The position numbers and the translations under genes are program-made. Of a stretch of DNA of 64,000 nucleotides, positions 1 through 37,222 are shown one piece after another; within the stretch, counting starts at the first letter, position 1; every line of letters starts with the position of its first letter. A model generated the notes under the pieces. That model ran no database searches. It had not been told where the DNA came from and was given only the letters and a program-made list of their open reading frames with translations. The stretch comes from the human T2T-CHM13v2.0 reference genome, Homo sapiens: the NCBI RefSeq assembly GCF_009914755.1, contig NC_060947.1, one strand, 5' to 3'.

Positions 1-1779
1 GTCCTGCCCCTAGGGAGAGCTGGTGCCTTCGGGGGAGCGGGCCCTGGTTGCAGTTGGAGAGTGGGTCCAGGGATGGTGTTCTGCTTGGCTGCCGCCCTGC
101 CTCCTGGGGGCCTCCCCAGATCCCCCCCGGCTGCTGTCAGCTGGGGCTGAGGGGTCCTGTGGCCTAGGGGGCATCCTGGTTCGGGAGTGCCCTGCCCTGG
201 ACACCGTGTCCAGGAAGGATACATGCTCACCCTTTGTTGGGGGCCAGGCACAGGGTGAGGGGGCACTCGGCCCCACCACCCGTGTCTCTGGGAACCCTGG
301 CTGGGTACGGCCCCTCTTCCGAGAGATCCTGCCCGGGACTGGTGCCGCCTGCCTCGGGCCTGCCCCCCACACAGTTGGGGACCCTGGCGGGGCACCTCCT
401 GCCAGCCACCTGCTGCTGTCCTAGCCTCAGCCGGGCCCTGCAAGCTGTCCATGTGCCTGGGACACCCGGTCCCTCTGCAAATGTTTGCAAACACCCCTGC
501 CCCCACAGGCATGTCTGGGGGCCTCTCTGGGCCTTTGTGTGCCGAGTTGGGCGTGGGTGGCGGCGGGGGTCTTTCCATAGTCACCTACTTCCTGTCCTCC
601 TCGGCCCCAGGTCCAGCGGTGCCCTGTCTGCTCGGTTTCCAGCCTGAGCCCTTTCCTGAGCTGGCCCGGTCCCCTAAGCTTCTGCAGCAGGTTCCCAGGT
701 CCACCCCGAGGGACTCCTGGCCAGTGTTCCCAACAGTGTCTGAGTGCTGGCCTCAGTCCCTGGCCATGGATTTTGGGGAACCCCGCTCTGAGGGGCCGTT
801 GCTTCCCTTTCCTCTCCAGGTCCCCTCCCAGTTTCCTCGGAGAGCGGGGATGGGGCTGTTGGGAGGCGGAAGGGAGGGTTGGGGTGCAGAGGTGTGGCTT
901 GGGGGAGGGAAGGTCAACTGGGCTACCGCCCCTCCCTGCCCTCCCTGGACTCAGTCCAGACACAACCTGCGGGTTGGAGGCCTGTGCACCCTTTATCTCC
1001 TCCTAGTAGCCTGGCGGGTCCTCCTGGGTCTTCCTCAGTGTGTGTGAGTCCCCAGGCCATAGGACCCGGCAGGGTGGGGGCCCGTGCTCTGCTCTTGTTT
1101 TTGCTCCTACTTGCCCGCCCTTCCCGGGGGGGGCCCTGGCCAGGACCGTGCCAGTCTCTTTCCCTGCTGCCTGCCTGCCTGCCTGGGTGGCCTCCAGCTC
1201 ACCACCCTGTGAGGCCTGTGGCCTCCCGCCAGGGCTGTCCTCAGGGGCCCGGATCCCCCTAGTTTATCTTCTGCCCTTGCCGCCCCACATGTGTCCCTCC
1301 CTGCAGCCTGGGGACGATCGGCAGGTTTGGGGGACCGGTGCCCTTGGTTCACCTAGCCCAGCCCTAGGGCGGTGGCCCTGCCAGGCATGGGGCTTGAGAG
1401 GGGATGTGATGGAGCAGACACAGGGAGGGGGCAGGAGACCCTGGGTGACTCGGGACAGGAGGGAGTGCCCCAGAGGTTCAGAATCCTGGGCACACAGTGG
1501 GCTGAGCGGACAAGTCGCAGCCTCAGGGGGACCTCCCGTCCTCCCAACTGGCACTGCATCTTTCTGGGCCTGGCTCTGCTGCCTCACAGCCCCGTTCAGC
1601 TGGTGGCTTTTAGAGGCTTCCAGAGTGTGCTTGGCCCCTTTACCTCTATGCCATTGGGCCCAGGGGGAGCAGTAGAGTGGCTGCGGCTGGGGGTGGGACT
1701 TCCCCTTTCTGTGTCTTGCTTGCCCCGTGTCTCCCAGTGAGTGGCCGCCCTGAGCCTGGGGCCAGCAGCCCAGCCCCAG
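1..1779 (+). repeat. Left copy (inner end, truncated by window start) of the large inverted repeat flanking FLNA-EMD
   Basis: Position x mirrors 41190-x as reverse complement. Translations are identical in mirrored ORF pairs (e.g. 1372..1740+ / 39450..39818-). Match ends at 1779/39411. Confidence 0.98.
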
Positions 1780-2311
1780 TGAGAAATAAAAGTAGCCATC
1801 CTGCCTGAACTGCCGCTGCCTTTTCTACTTTGCCCTCTCAACAGGGGTCAAGGAGGGTACGCGTGGTGTTGAGGTCTCAGAAGGTCTGGGTTTGACGTGT
1901 GCCATGGCTGCAGGCTACGGCCTGGTCGTGTCAGACGCTGTGGAGCTGAGGGAGGATGTGGCGAGAAAGCTGAGCGTTGCCCCCGAGAGCCTTGCTTCCT
2001 GGCCCTTGTCTGCAGATGTCTGAGGTGGTGGTGTCCTTGTCAGGGGTTTGATCGAGGGCCAAAGCCTTTGGCCCAGGGAGCAGGCAGCTTTGGGTGCTGC
2101 AGTTGGGATGTCCCGATAGCATGCAGGCAGCACCAGGAGCCAGGACGACTTGGGATGTTATGTGTTTGGGGGCAATCTTTACAGTGGGAGACACATAGGT
2201 TGGTGTGGGAATCCACGGCAGGGGTACCAATGAGGGGATATTCAGCAGGGGGCCCAGGGTACCTGGGATTGGCACCTTGAATGCATCCACCTCCTGCCAC
2301 CTGTTAACTAA

Positions 2312-2729
<418 letters not shown>

Positions 2730-3078
2730 GGGCCTGCTGTTGATTATCTGGCCACCTCCACCAGGGAGCCTTCCTGACACCACCCTACCCAGTAATGGGC
2801 TCTCCTGCCCAGCTCTTTGCCTCCTTGCTGCCTGGGCTCCATTCCAGGTTGCTACATGTTCCTCTCCTTACGTTGGCTTGAACTCAGGGAGGCAGAGGAA
2901 GCAAAGATAGATGGTGCCTTCTGGAGTCAGGGTGGGGTGAAGCAGGAGCCCTGGAGGGAGGTGACCTGTGCTCAGCCCATGCTTTGATCTGCTCATTGGC
3001 ACCCCTGTCAGGTTGGCCTTGACTGGTCCCCCAACCCCAACAAAGCTACAGCCACGCAAAGGAGAATGGAAGCAAAAC

Positions 3079-3084
3079 TTTATT
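3079..3084 (-). terminator. FLNA: FLNA polyadenylation signal AATAAA
   Basis: TTTATT on + strand about 300 nt beyond the FLNA stop codon. Confidence 0.9.
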
Positions 3085-3381
3085 CCTCTTGGCTGGAGAA
3101 GAGAACTAGTGGGTGGTTGTGTACAGGACCCCCATCCCTCACCCCTCCCAGAACCAAAGAAGACAAGCAGCGCCACCAAATGGCTCCCTCTGCCCAAGTG
3201 AAAGCCGAGAGGTCAGCGGCTGGCTGGGGAGGCAGGTGAGCGCAGCACGGCACAGGGCAGGGGCGGCTGCAGTGACAGGCGGGCGGCCAGGGCGGCCTGG
3301 GCCGGGGTTGAGGGGAAGAGGGCGGGGCTGCTTGGGTAGCGGGGCAGGCTTGGGGGCTGCCGGCTGGCACGGGCCCCAGAC

Positions 3382-25777
<22,396 letters not shown>

Positions 25778-26254
25778 TTTGAGGCGCGAGAAGCCGGGGG
25801 GGCGGTGCTGCAGCCTCGGCGAGGGGACGGCCCTTTAATTAAAGTCGCAGGCACCTAGGCGCGCGGGAGGCGAGGCAGGGAGCAGAGGTTGCGCTGCGGA
25901 GAGAGCGAGCCCTTTAAATGCGGGAGGAGGGCGGGGCCAGAGGGCGGGCCTCCTGCGGGGAGGGGCCGTGGGGTGGGGCTTCGAGGGCGCGCCTGCCCCA
26001 CCCCGCCCCGCCCGTTGGAATGCCCCCACTAGGCCCCCGGGTTCGGCTGATCAGACGCGAAACCCGGGCTCCAGGGTGGGTCGCTGGGCAGTGGGGTGGG
26101 CAAGGATGCTCCCAGCCCCGCAGCCTCGCGTTGGCGCTGCAGGAAACGCGCCCTAGAGCGAGGAAAGGCTGAGCAGTGTCTGGCGCGGGACTGCTTGGCC
26201 TGCAGCCGGCGCGCCTTACAAGGGACTTTCCTTCCCCAGGGCCCCTGCGGGGGG

Positions 26255-26890
26255 TGGGGTGGCTCTCTTCCCTAAGTCACTTGGGCTCTGCCCCGTCCCT
26301 GCACATCCCTACCCCCCGCCGTCATCCCCCTTCCCCGGGCCCCCAGGGCCTAGGGTTCCCCGGCGGCATCCCCGTCCGCCGGCCCGGCAGCGGCGGGAAG
26401 GGGCCAACCCTAAGAGCGAACCCCTGGAGAGCGGCAGCCCCGGACCAGGCACTGCCGAGGGCGCTTTGTGTGCTCATCACCTGGGAAGCGGCTGCAGGGC
26501 AAGGCCTGCGCCTACGCGGTCCCCGCAGACCCCCTGCCACGGGCCCGCCTTCCCAGTCCGTAGGGCCCTCGCCCGCGCACCTGTGCCCGCTGCTTCCCAC
26601 CGCCTCCCTCTCTGCTTCCCTCCACCCGGGAGGATATGGGGCACTGGGCCAGGAGGCCGCCGGCACTCCAGGAGCAAGCAGCCTTCGAAGGGGTCCGGGC
26701 ATGCCCACGGGCACGCCAGTGGGCGCGGGCAGAGGGCGCCGTGCGATGCATGCAGAGACGTGTGCCCGCCTAACCCTTCATGCCAGTTCACCCGGGGCAC
26801 TGGGGGGAGCTGAAGCGGGGGGTCCTCTCCTGTCGGAAAGTCCCCTCAGCCCAGCGTGGCCAGGGCAGGGGGCAAACACGGGAGTGGCAT
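26255..26890 (+). repeat. Copy A of a diverged ~635-bp inverted duplication (FLNA intron 1)
   Basis: Reverse-complement similarity to 32515-33157, visible in DNA and in ORF translations (GALGQEAAGTP.ASSLRRGPGMPTGTPVGAGRGRRAM). Confidence 0.93.
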
Positions 26891-29037
26891 TCCAGACCCA
26901 GAGGGGCCTGCTCAGAGGTTCCCATAAGACTTGTCAGGCTCTGAGCACCTGGGTCTGGGTGGGCTTCAGGTGTGGTGGCAGGTGCAGAGGAGGCCTGAGG
27001 ACAGGGATCAGGGGCCTGGGGGGTTGTGTCCCCAGAGCTGTGGGGGCTCTTCACTCAAAATTTTCTGGTAGATAACTCTGGAGATGGTGCAGTGGCTGCT
27101 GTGCCGAGATGTAGACTGGGACCAGGGGACGGCTGGGGACGCTCACTGCTACTATCTTCAGTCAGAAGCCAGCCTGCCTATGGCTTCCTCCCCATTGTGC
27201 ACTCCCCTCCCTCTCAGTCCTCGGTACCTCCCCTCTCCAGAATGTTTCCTCCTCTGAGTGTTTTTTTTTTTTTTCTAGGAAGGCAGGTATCTGTCCCTCC
27301 TGTTCAATTCTAGTAATAATTAATTTATCTGCTAAAGACCAGTGAGAGATGGAGGCCCTGGGTTGGCCAGCACGTCATGCCCAAATATGGTTGACTCTCC
27401 TGTAGCCCTGGGTGTCTACATGACACGTGGTGGGGCTGTGATCCGCCCAGCACATTCACTTCGGGGCAGCCTGTGGCCCCACTGGTTTTTCCCACTAGTA
27501 GTGGTGTTAGGGGGTGCAAATGGCATTTTCCAGTACTGAGGCCAACCCCTGTATATTGTCCCCTCTCCTGACCACTTTGAGACACACCTGCACCAAGTGC
27601 GCCTGGGCGTCTGGGAGCTGGGGTGGAGGTGGGAGGGAGGGCTGGGAAGGGGGAACCCATACAGACCCCTCCCTGCACGGGCCCCATTCAAGACGGGCTT
27701 GAAGTTGTCCTTCTGGTCCCCCTGCCCCACTGGAAAGCAAGTTCCCAGGCACGGAATTCCATCAATAATTGACTCTCTCTCCACTAAGGGCCATTGAGCT
27801 GGGTTGTCTGGGTTCATTCCTTAATCTTCAGAGCTCAGGGAAACTGAGTCAGAGTGACCAGTGGTCAATTCCAGCAGAAAGAGTGTCAGGAGGTGGGTGC
27901 CGTGTCTTCCAGCCCTAGCTTTTCCCTATTTAGAGGAAACAAGGAATGGGCGTGTAGAGGGTTCTTGTCCCTAGAACATAGTATCAACCGCCAGATGTCG
28001 CCCGATCCCAAAGCCACCAGATCGGGCAGTCCTGGGAAGCCAAAATCCAGCTCTTTCATATTTTCCCTTATTTGGAGTAGATTCTTGGATGTTAGGCACA
28101 CCCCGCCCACCACACCACCCCTGGCCCTCAGACCCCAGGCCAGACCCTCCCACTGGGAGGTATAGCCCAAGCCCAGGAGCTGTTCAGCTGGGATCCCTAA
28201 GGAGCTGTTTCCAGGCCTGCGTAGCCAGGGGGCGCAGGAGGGAAGGAAGCCGCAGACTGGCAAGGTGAGAAGAGACCTGTGCTGGCAAGTCCAGGTGCGG
28301 CAGGTGAGGTCGCCCATTCCCAAGCTCCCACCTTGACGGTGCACTCGGAGCACTTACAAATGGGTCTGCCAGTGGATTTTAACCTATTTTGCCTGGCCCC
28401 AGGTGGCACGGGAATCTGGGGACATTGTTGGTTATATCCTGGCTGGCAGTGCGCATCCAACTCAGAGCCAACCTGGCATAGGGCCCAGGGCCCAACCAAG
28501 GAACCTGGCCTGGTCTCATCCTCACCATGGCCCCCATGGAGTAGAGCAGCCCCAGAACCAGCTCCCCTGTGCCCAAAGCAGCTGGTGCCCTGTGGACTCG
28601 AGCCAGCAAGGGACACGCTGTCCCCCTCCCAGTGGGCACACTGGCTGAGAAGTGTCCTTCCAGGTGGCCACTCGCCCTGAGTCCACACAAGTTCCTGGTG
28701 TCAGGGCCCTTCTCTCTCAGGCATGCAGTGGTCCGTTCATGGGCAAGTGCCCAGACACCCTCTCTCTCTCGGGGACCCCCCATGGCCTCAGGCTCCCACA
28801 TTCGTGGGCACAGACATGGCTCGTGGGTCAACTAGGGAAGCTATTCTCTGGACACTCACTCCCAGATGCCAGGGGAGCCTCCATCGGCTCACGCATCCCA
28901 GCTGAACCTGGCCCGGACCTGGGCGCGAGCTGGCGCCTGCGTTTTCCGGCCTCTCTGCCCGCCTTCTCCAACCCCGCCCCCGGCCGACGAGGAGCGCGGC
29001 GACCCTACGGCGCGAAGCCGGGCCGCGGAGACCTCAC

Positions 29038-29170
29038 CTGCTGTTCCTGAGAGCGACCGGTGACCGATGACCGCGGGGTGGCGCCCGGATCGCCTTCGCG
29101 CCCGCGCCCGCGCCAGGCGCCTCGGGGATTCTGTCGGCGTCCGCTGCGCGCGACGCGCCTCCACGCGAAT
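29038..29170 (-). other. FLNA: FLNA non-coding exon 1 (splices to exon-2 acceptor at 25893)
   Basis: Donor CAG|gtgagg at 29038/29037 in CpG island; acceptor ccgcag|CGCAACC at 25893. The TSS is approximate, from recalled mRNA. Confidence 0.85.
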
Positions 29171-29250
29171 GGGCCGCCGCCGCCCGCCTTCTTGTTGGCC
29201 GCACCCCCGCCCCGCGCCCGCCCCGCGCCCGGCCCGGCCCGGCGAGAAAG

Positions 29251-29260
29251 CCTTAATTGG
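29251..29260. promoter_or_regulatory. FLNA: CArG box (SRF site) in FLNA proximal promoter
   Basis: CCTTAATTGG = CC(A/T)6GG, about 80 bp upstream of exon 1, next to GC boxes. Confidence 0.8.
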
Positions 29261-29831
29261 TAAAATTGCCCAGGAGCCCGGGACGGGTGCGTGGGGGGCG
29301 GGGGTGCGGGGGCACGCCGTGAGCTCCAGCGACCCGCCGCCGGGCGACGCCGCCCCCCGAGATGAGCTCACCGCCGGCGAGGGCCGCCAGGCCCTGGGGG
29401 AGGGAGGGCTTCGTGGGGGAGTCGCCTCCAGCGCCCACAGGGACTGCAGGGCTCGTGTCTAGGCCCAATCACAAGGATCCTGCGTGTCTGAGTCTGGGGG
29501 AGCCAAGCGCACCCCAGGTGGAAAGGCCGAGGCCCAAGGCCACCTTCTCCAAGGAGCCACCCACAGTCACAGCCCCTGGTGTCTGTCCCAAGCCGGGATT
29601 GTTTCCTGGGGTGGGGGCAACAGGTCGTTGCAGGTGTTGGCTGGGCGCCTACGTCAGGCAGGGCCCCGGGACGGGACTGCAGGGCTCCGAGCCCTGGGAT
29701 GAACCTGACTGCCATGGATCAGGCGCTGCCAGGTCTGGCCTGGGGTGGGCAGCAGAAACAGGATCGCTCAGGGGGACGAGAAAGTTAAGTTTGTTTAGTA
29801 TTAAGAAGATTCTGATCTTAAAGAAAACATT

Positions 29832-30777
<946 letters not shown>

Positions 30778-32109
30778 TCATCTACTTGTCATAGACACTG
30801 AGGAATGTTTCCATGTTGATATTTTTTCCTCGTAACTCAATCATGTTGGGATTGTAAGTTATACAGCATATACTGCTTGCAAGCCATTCCATCCTTAAGG
30901 AGCAACTCAGTTTTCTTATTCTTGACTTAGAATTGGTTGCATCCCGATGTCTCCTCTGCCTGCACTTCCCAGGAAGAACCCCCTGAGGCCCTCAGATTTT
31001 CCTGCACACGCCCTTCCCAGACCCTCTGATGACTGCAAATCCCACCCTACCCTTGACGGGAAACTCTCTGAGGCTGTCCAGGTCATCACCCCCAGGGACC
31101 AGGTACTGGTGGGGGAATGTTCCATGAATTAATTGCTGTACTCAGGGCTCTTGGACAAGTCTCCCCTGATCGCAGGGTCCTGACTCTCCCTGTATAAGAT
31201 GGAGGCTCTGCTGCTCAGGAGCCTGCCTGGCTTCCAGTGGTCTGGAGTGGAGCTGCACTGCAATGGGGCTGGACTTAGGCTCCAGGTACCCACAGGGTGG
31301 GTGCAGGGGGACCATCACAGTTCAGCTTCCTGGTGCCATCTGTGGTGGGACCTGATTGTGGGGCAAAGGGGTGGGACATAAAAGGCAGAGTGTCGAGGCA
31401 GGTACAGAACGGGTGGGGGGTGCTCCTTAGGGAGAAGGCAAATCTAGAATTCCTTGACCTCATAAGGAAACAGCTTGGATCCGTATGGGGAGGGGTGGCA
31501 TGGGGGAGGATGGAGCAGCACTTAGTACACAGAGGCCTCTGGGAGAGGGGCCAGGATTGCAGAAGGCTTGCAGAGGTGCTGGGGAATCTGATTTTGTCAA
31601 AACTAAAAAATCCACAAGGCAGCCTCTGAGCAGCCCAGAGTCCAAACTGCCATCTGTCCCCTCAGCTCTGAAAGATGAGGTGCAAACCCCTGCCCTACCC
31701 AAGGCTCTCCTGCTGCACACTGCCAGGCACTGTCTTCATGGACCCACACTTCCTTCCATATTGCTGGGGACACAGTGGGGCCTTGCCAACAGTGATTCCT
31801 CTTTGTTAGGATCTTTGCGTGTAGTCAAAACAGGGCCCCATCTCCTCATTACTCCCCCAGGTGTCTACCTCTTCCCACCCCATGGGCAAACCTCCATGGA
31901 TGACTGGTCTGTGACCCTCACCAGCCAGGCCAGCCATTCTGGACATGACCAGAGCCCTCCCCTCTTCTTCCCTTGTCACCAGCCCTCAACTGTGAAACTA
32001 CAGATGGCATGTCACCTCTTCATGCTCCCAGTTTGGGGCCTACCCAGTGAGGGGCACACTAGTTGATTCCATACACCCTCAGCTGGCTTTGTTTAGAATG
32101 TGAATGTCA

Positions 32110-32429
<320 letters not shown>

Positions 32430-32514
32430 GAATATGAATGATGAATGTCACCTCCTTTCTCTTCTCCATGAGACAGCCAATATCTGATCAAGGCCCTGGG
32501 AATGGGAATCCATA

Positions 32515-33157
32515 GCTCGCCACCCACGTCTGCCCCCTGCCTAGCCACGCTGCGCTCAGGGACCATTCCGACAGGAGAGGACGCCCCACTTCAGCTCCCC
32601 CCAGTGCCCCGGGTGAATGAACGGCATGAAGGGTTAGGCGGGCACACGTCGTCTCTGCACGCATCGCACGGCGCCCTCTGCCCGCGCCCACTGGCGTGCC
32701 CGTCGGCATGCCCGGGCCCCTTCGAAGACTGCTTGCTTCTGGAGTGCCAGCGGCCTCCTGGCCCAGTGCCCCATTTCCTCCCGGGTGGAGCGAGGGAGGA
32801 GGAAGGGAAGCAGAGGGGTAGGCGGTGGTAAGCAGCAGGCACATGTGCGCGGGCGAGAGCCCCGCAGACTGGGAAGGCGGGCCCATGGCAGGGGGTCTGC
32901 GGGGATCGCGTAGGCGCGGGCCTTGCCCTGCAGCCGCTTCCCGGGCGATGCGCACACAAAGCGCCCTCGGCAGCGCCTGGCCCGGGGCCCGCGCTCTCTT
33001 AGGGTCCGGGCCCTTCCCGCCGCTGCTGGGGCGGCCGACCGGGATGCGGCCGGGGAACCCTAGGCTCTGGGGCCCTGGGAAGGGGGACGACGGCGGGGAG
33101 TAGGGATGTGCAGGGATCGGGCGAAGCCCAAGCGACTTAGGGACCAGAGCCACCCCA
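32515..33157 (-). repeat. Copy B of the diverged inverted duplication (upstream of EMD promoter)
   Basis: Reverse complement aligns by eye to 26255-26890. Confidence 0.93.
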
Positions 33158-33194
33158 AGCGCCGACTTCGCCCGCTCGCACGTCCCGGGTCCCT

Positions 33195-33775
33195 CGCGCG
33201 CAGGCCCCGCCCCTCTCACCCCGCCGCACGCCACAGGGTGACGTCTGGGCTCCCAGCCGCATCGCCCTGACTCCCGCGCGGGCCCCGCCCCCTGCCGCTA
33301 GCCAATCTGTGCGTTTGTGACTTTTGGGCCCGCAGCCCCGCCTGCTCCCACAGCGATACCGGTTTGCATTGCCCTGACTCCCGCGCGGGCCCCGCCCCCT
33401 ACGCCGCTAGCCAATCCATGCATTAGTGGCGTCCGGGCTCGCAGTACCGCTCGCTCCCACCGCGAGACCTTCTGCTCCGCGCCCGCGCGGGCCCCTCCCC
33501 CTCCATCGCTAGCCAATCCCCGTTTTGTGACGTATGGGCTCGCGGCCCCGCTCGCTCCCACCGCGAGACCTTTTGCTCCGCGCCCGCGCGGGCCCCGCCC
33601 CCTCCATCACTAGCCAATCCCCGTGCTTGTGACATATGGGCTTGCGGCCCCGCCCGCTCCCATCGCGAGACCGGTTCCCACCGCCCTGACTCCCGGGCGG
33701 GCCCCGCCCTCTCCGCCGCTAGCCAATCCTCGCGTTGATGACGTTTGGGCTCGCGGCCCCAGCCTCCCAGCTCTC
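33195..33775 (+). promoter_or_regulatory. EMD: EMD promoter: tandem array of ~101-109-bp units, each with GC box, CCAAT and CRE-like half site
   Basis: CTAGCCAATC with CCAAT at 33302, 33411, 33513, 33614 and 33723, each preceded by GGGCCCC(G/T)CCC. Confidence 0.9.
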
Positions 33776-33857
33776 AGGGCACGGCCGGTCTGTGCCGGCT
33801 GCTCCCGCGGTTAGGTCCCGCCCCGCGCAGCGCGCGCAGCCTGCGGAGCCAGCGGCC

Positions 33858-33910
33858 GTGACGCGACAACGATTCGGCTGTGACGCGACAACGATTCGGC
33901 TGTGACGCGA
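33858..33910 (+). repeat. EMD: Perfect 22-bp tandem duplication (2.4 copies) in the EMD 5' region
   Basis: GTGACGCGACAACGATTCGGCT x2 plus GTGACGCGA. Confidence 0.97.
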
Positions 33911-33985
33911 GCGCGGCCGCTCCCGATGCGCTCGTGCCGCCCCCGCCGTGCTCCTCGGCAGCCGTTGCTCGGCCGGTTTTGGTAG

Positions 33986-35740
<1,755 letters not shown>

Positions 35741-36042
35741 AGGGAGCCATGAGGGTCTGGGCTTCAGAGCTAGGTCTTTGGGGAAGTCCTGGCTGACTGC
35801 CTTAGCAGTGGGGGTGGGGGTGGGGGCAGGGGCAGGGGCTTTATGTGTTTTTGCTTGGGGGGCGCTGGGCCTAGCCCAGAGTAGTGCTTGCTCCCCCTGC
35901 CTTGTCCCACCAGGGAGGCAGCAGACTCAGGCCCTCCATGGTCCTCTTTGTCATTTTGTTGACATGCATTCCTCCTTTTGTCATCTTGTTGGGGGGAGGG
36001 GATTAACCAAAGGCCACCCTGACTTTGTTTTTGTGGACACAC

Positions 36043-36048
36043 AATAAA
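36043..36048 (+). terminator. EMD: EMD polyadenylation signal
   Basis: AATAAA about 300 nt after the stop codon. Confidence 0.88.
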
Positions 36049-36477
36049 AGCCCCGTTTATTTGTAATGCGTTGGCTCTTCCTGGAGGAGAGGGTTGGGCT
36101 CCCATGGCAAGGGCCTCTGCGTCTTGGGGCTCCAGGATTGCAATCCGGCTTTGTTGGGTCCGCATTTTTGCTTTAGTCTGGGGATAGGAATCAAATGTTA
36201 CCCAGAGATGTTTGTGTTTTGTTTGGGAGTTTTATTCCCTAACTCATTCCCCAAAGCACGTGTAACTGCTTATACATATAATCGTGGTACAACAAGGTAT
36301 ATACAGAGAACCCACTTGGAAATTCAGGCAAAGCTGCATGCACGCTACCAGCAGTCTGCGGGTGTTTTAACTGGAAAAAGCTGAAGTCCACCTCGGTGTC
36401 CAATGGCATGGGGATGGAAAGAAAATGAGGCGTCTCTGGCACATCATTCTCAGCTCCTGGAACTGCTGCTTGTTTAA

Positions 36478-37222
<745 letters not shown>

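Noticed and set aside
26176-27075. Apparent paralogous protein pair (299 aa + and 248 aa - at 32488-33234)
   Set aside because: Similarity switches reading frame across indels, so it is DNA-level homology, not conserved coding sequence
33195-33910. Regularly spaced repeats resembling a CRISPR array
   Set aside because: Whole units are homologous with no unique spacers, there are no cas genes, and the context is a eukaryotic promoter
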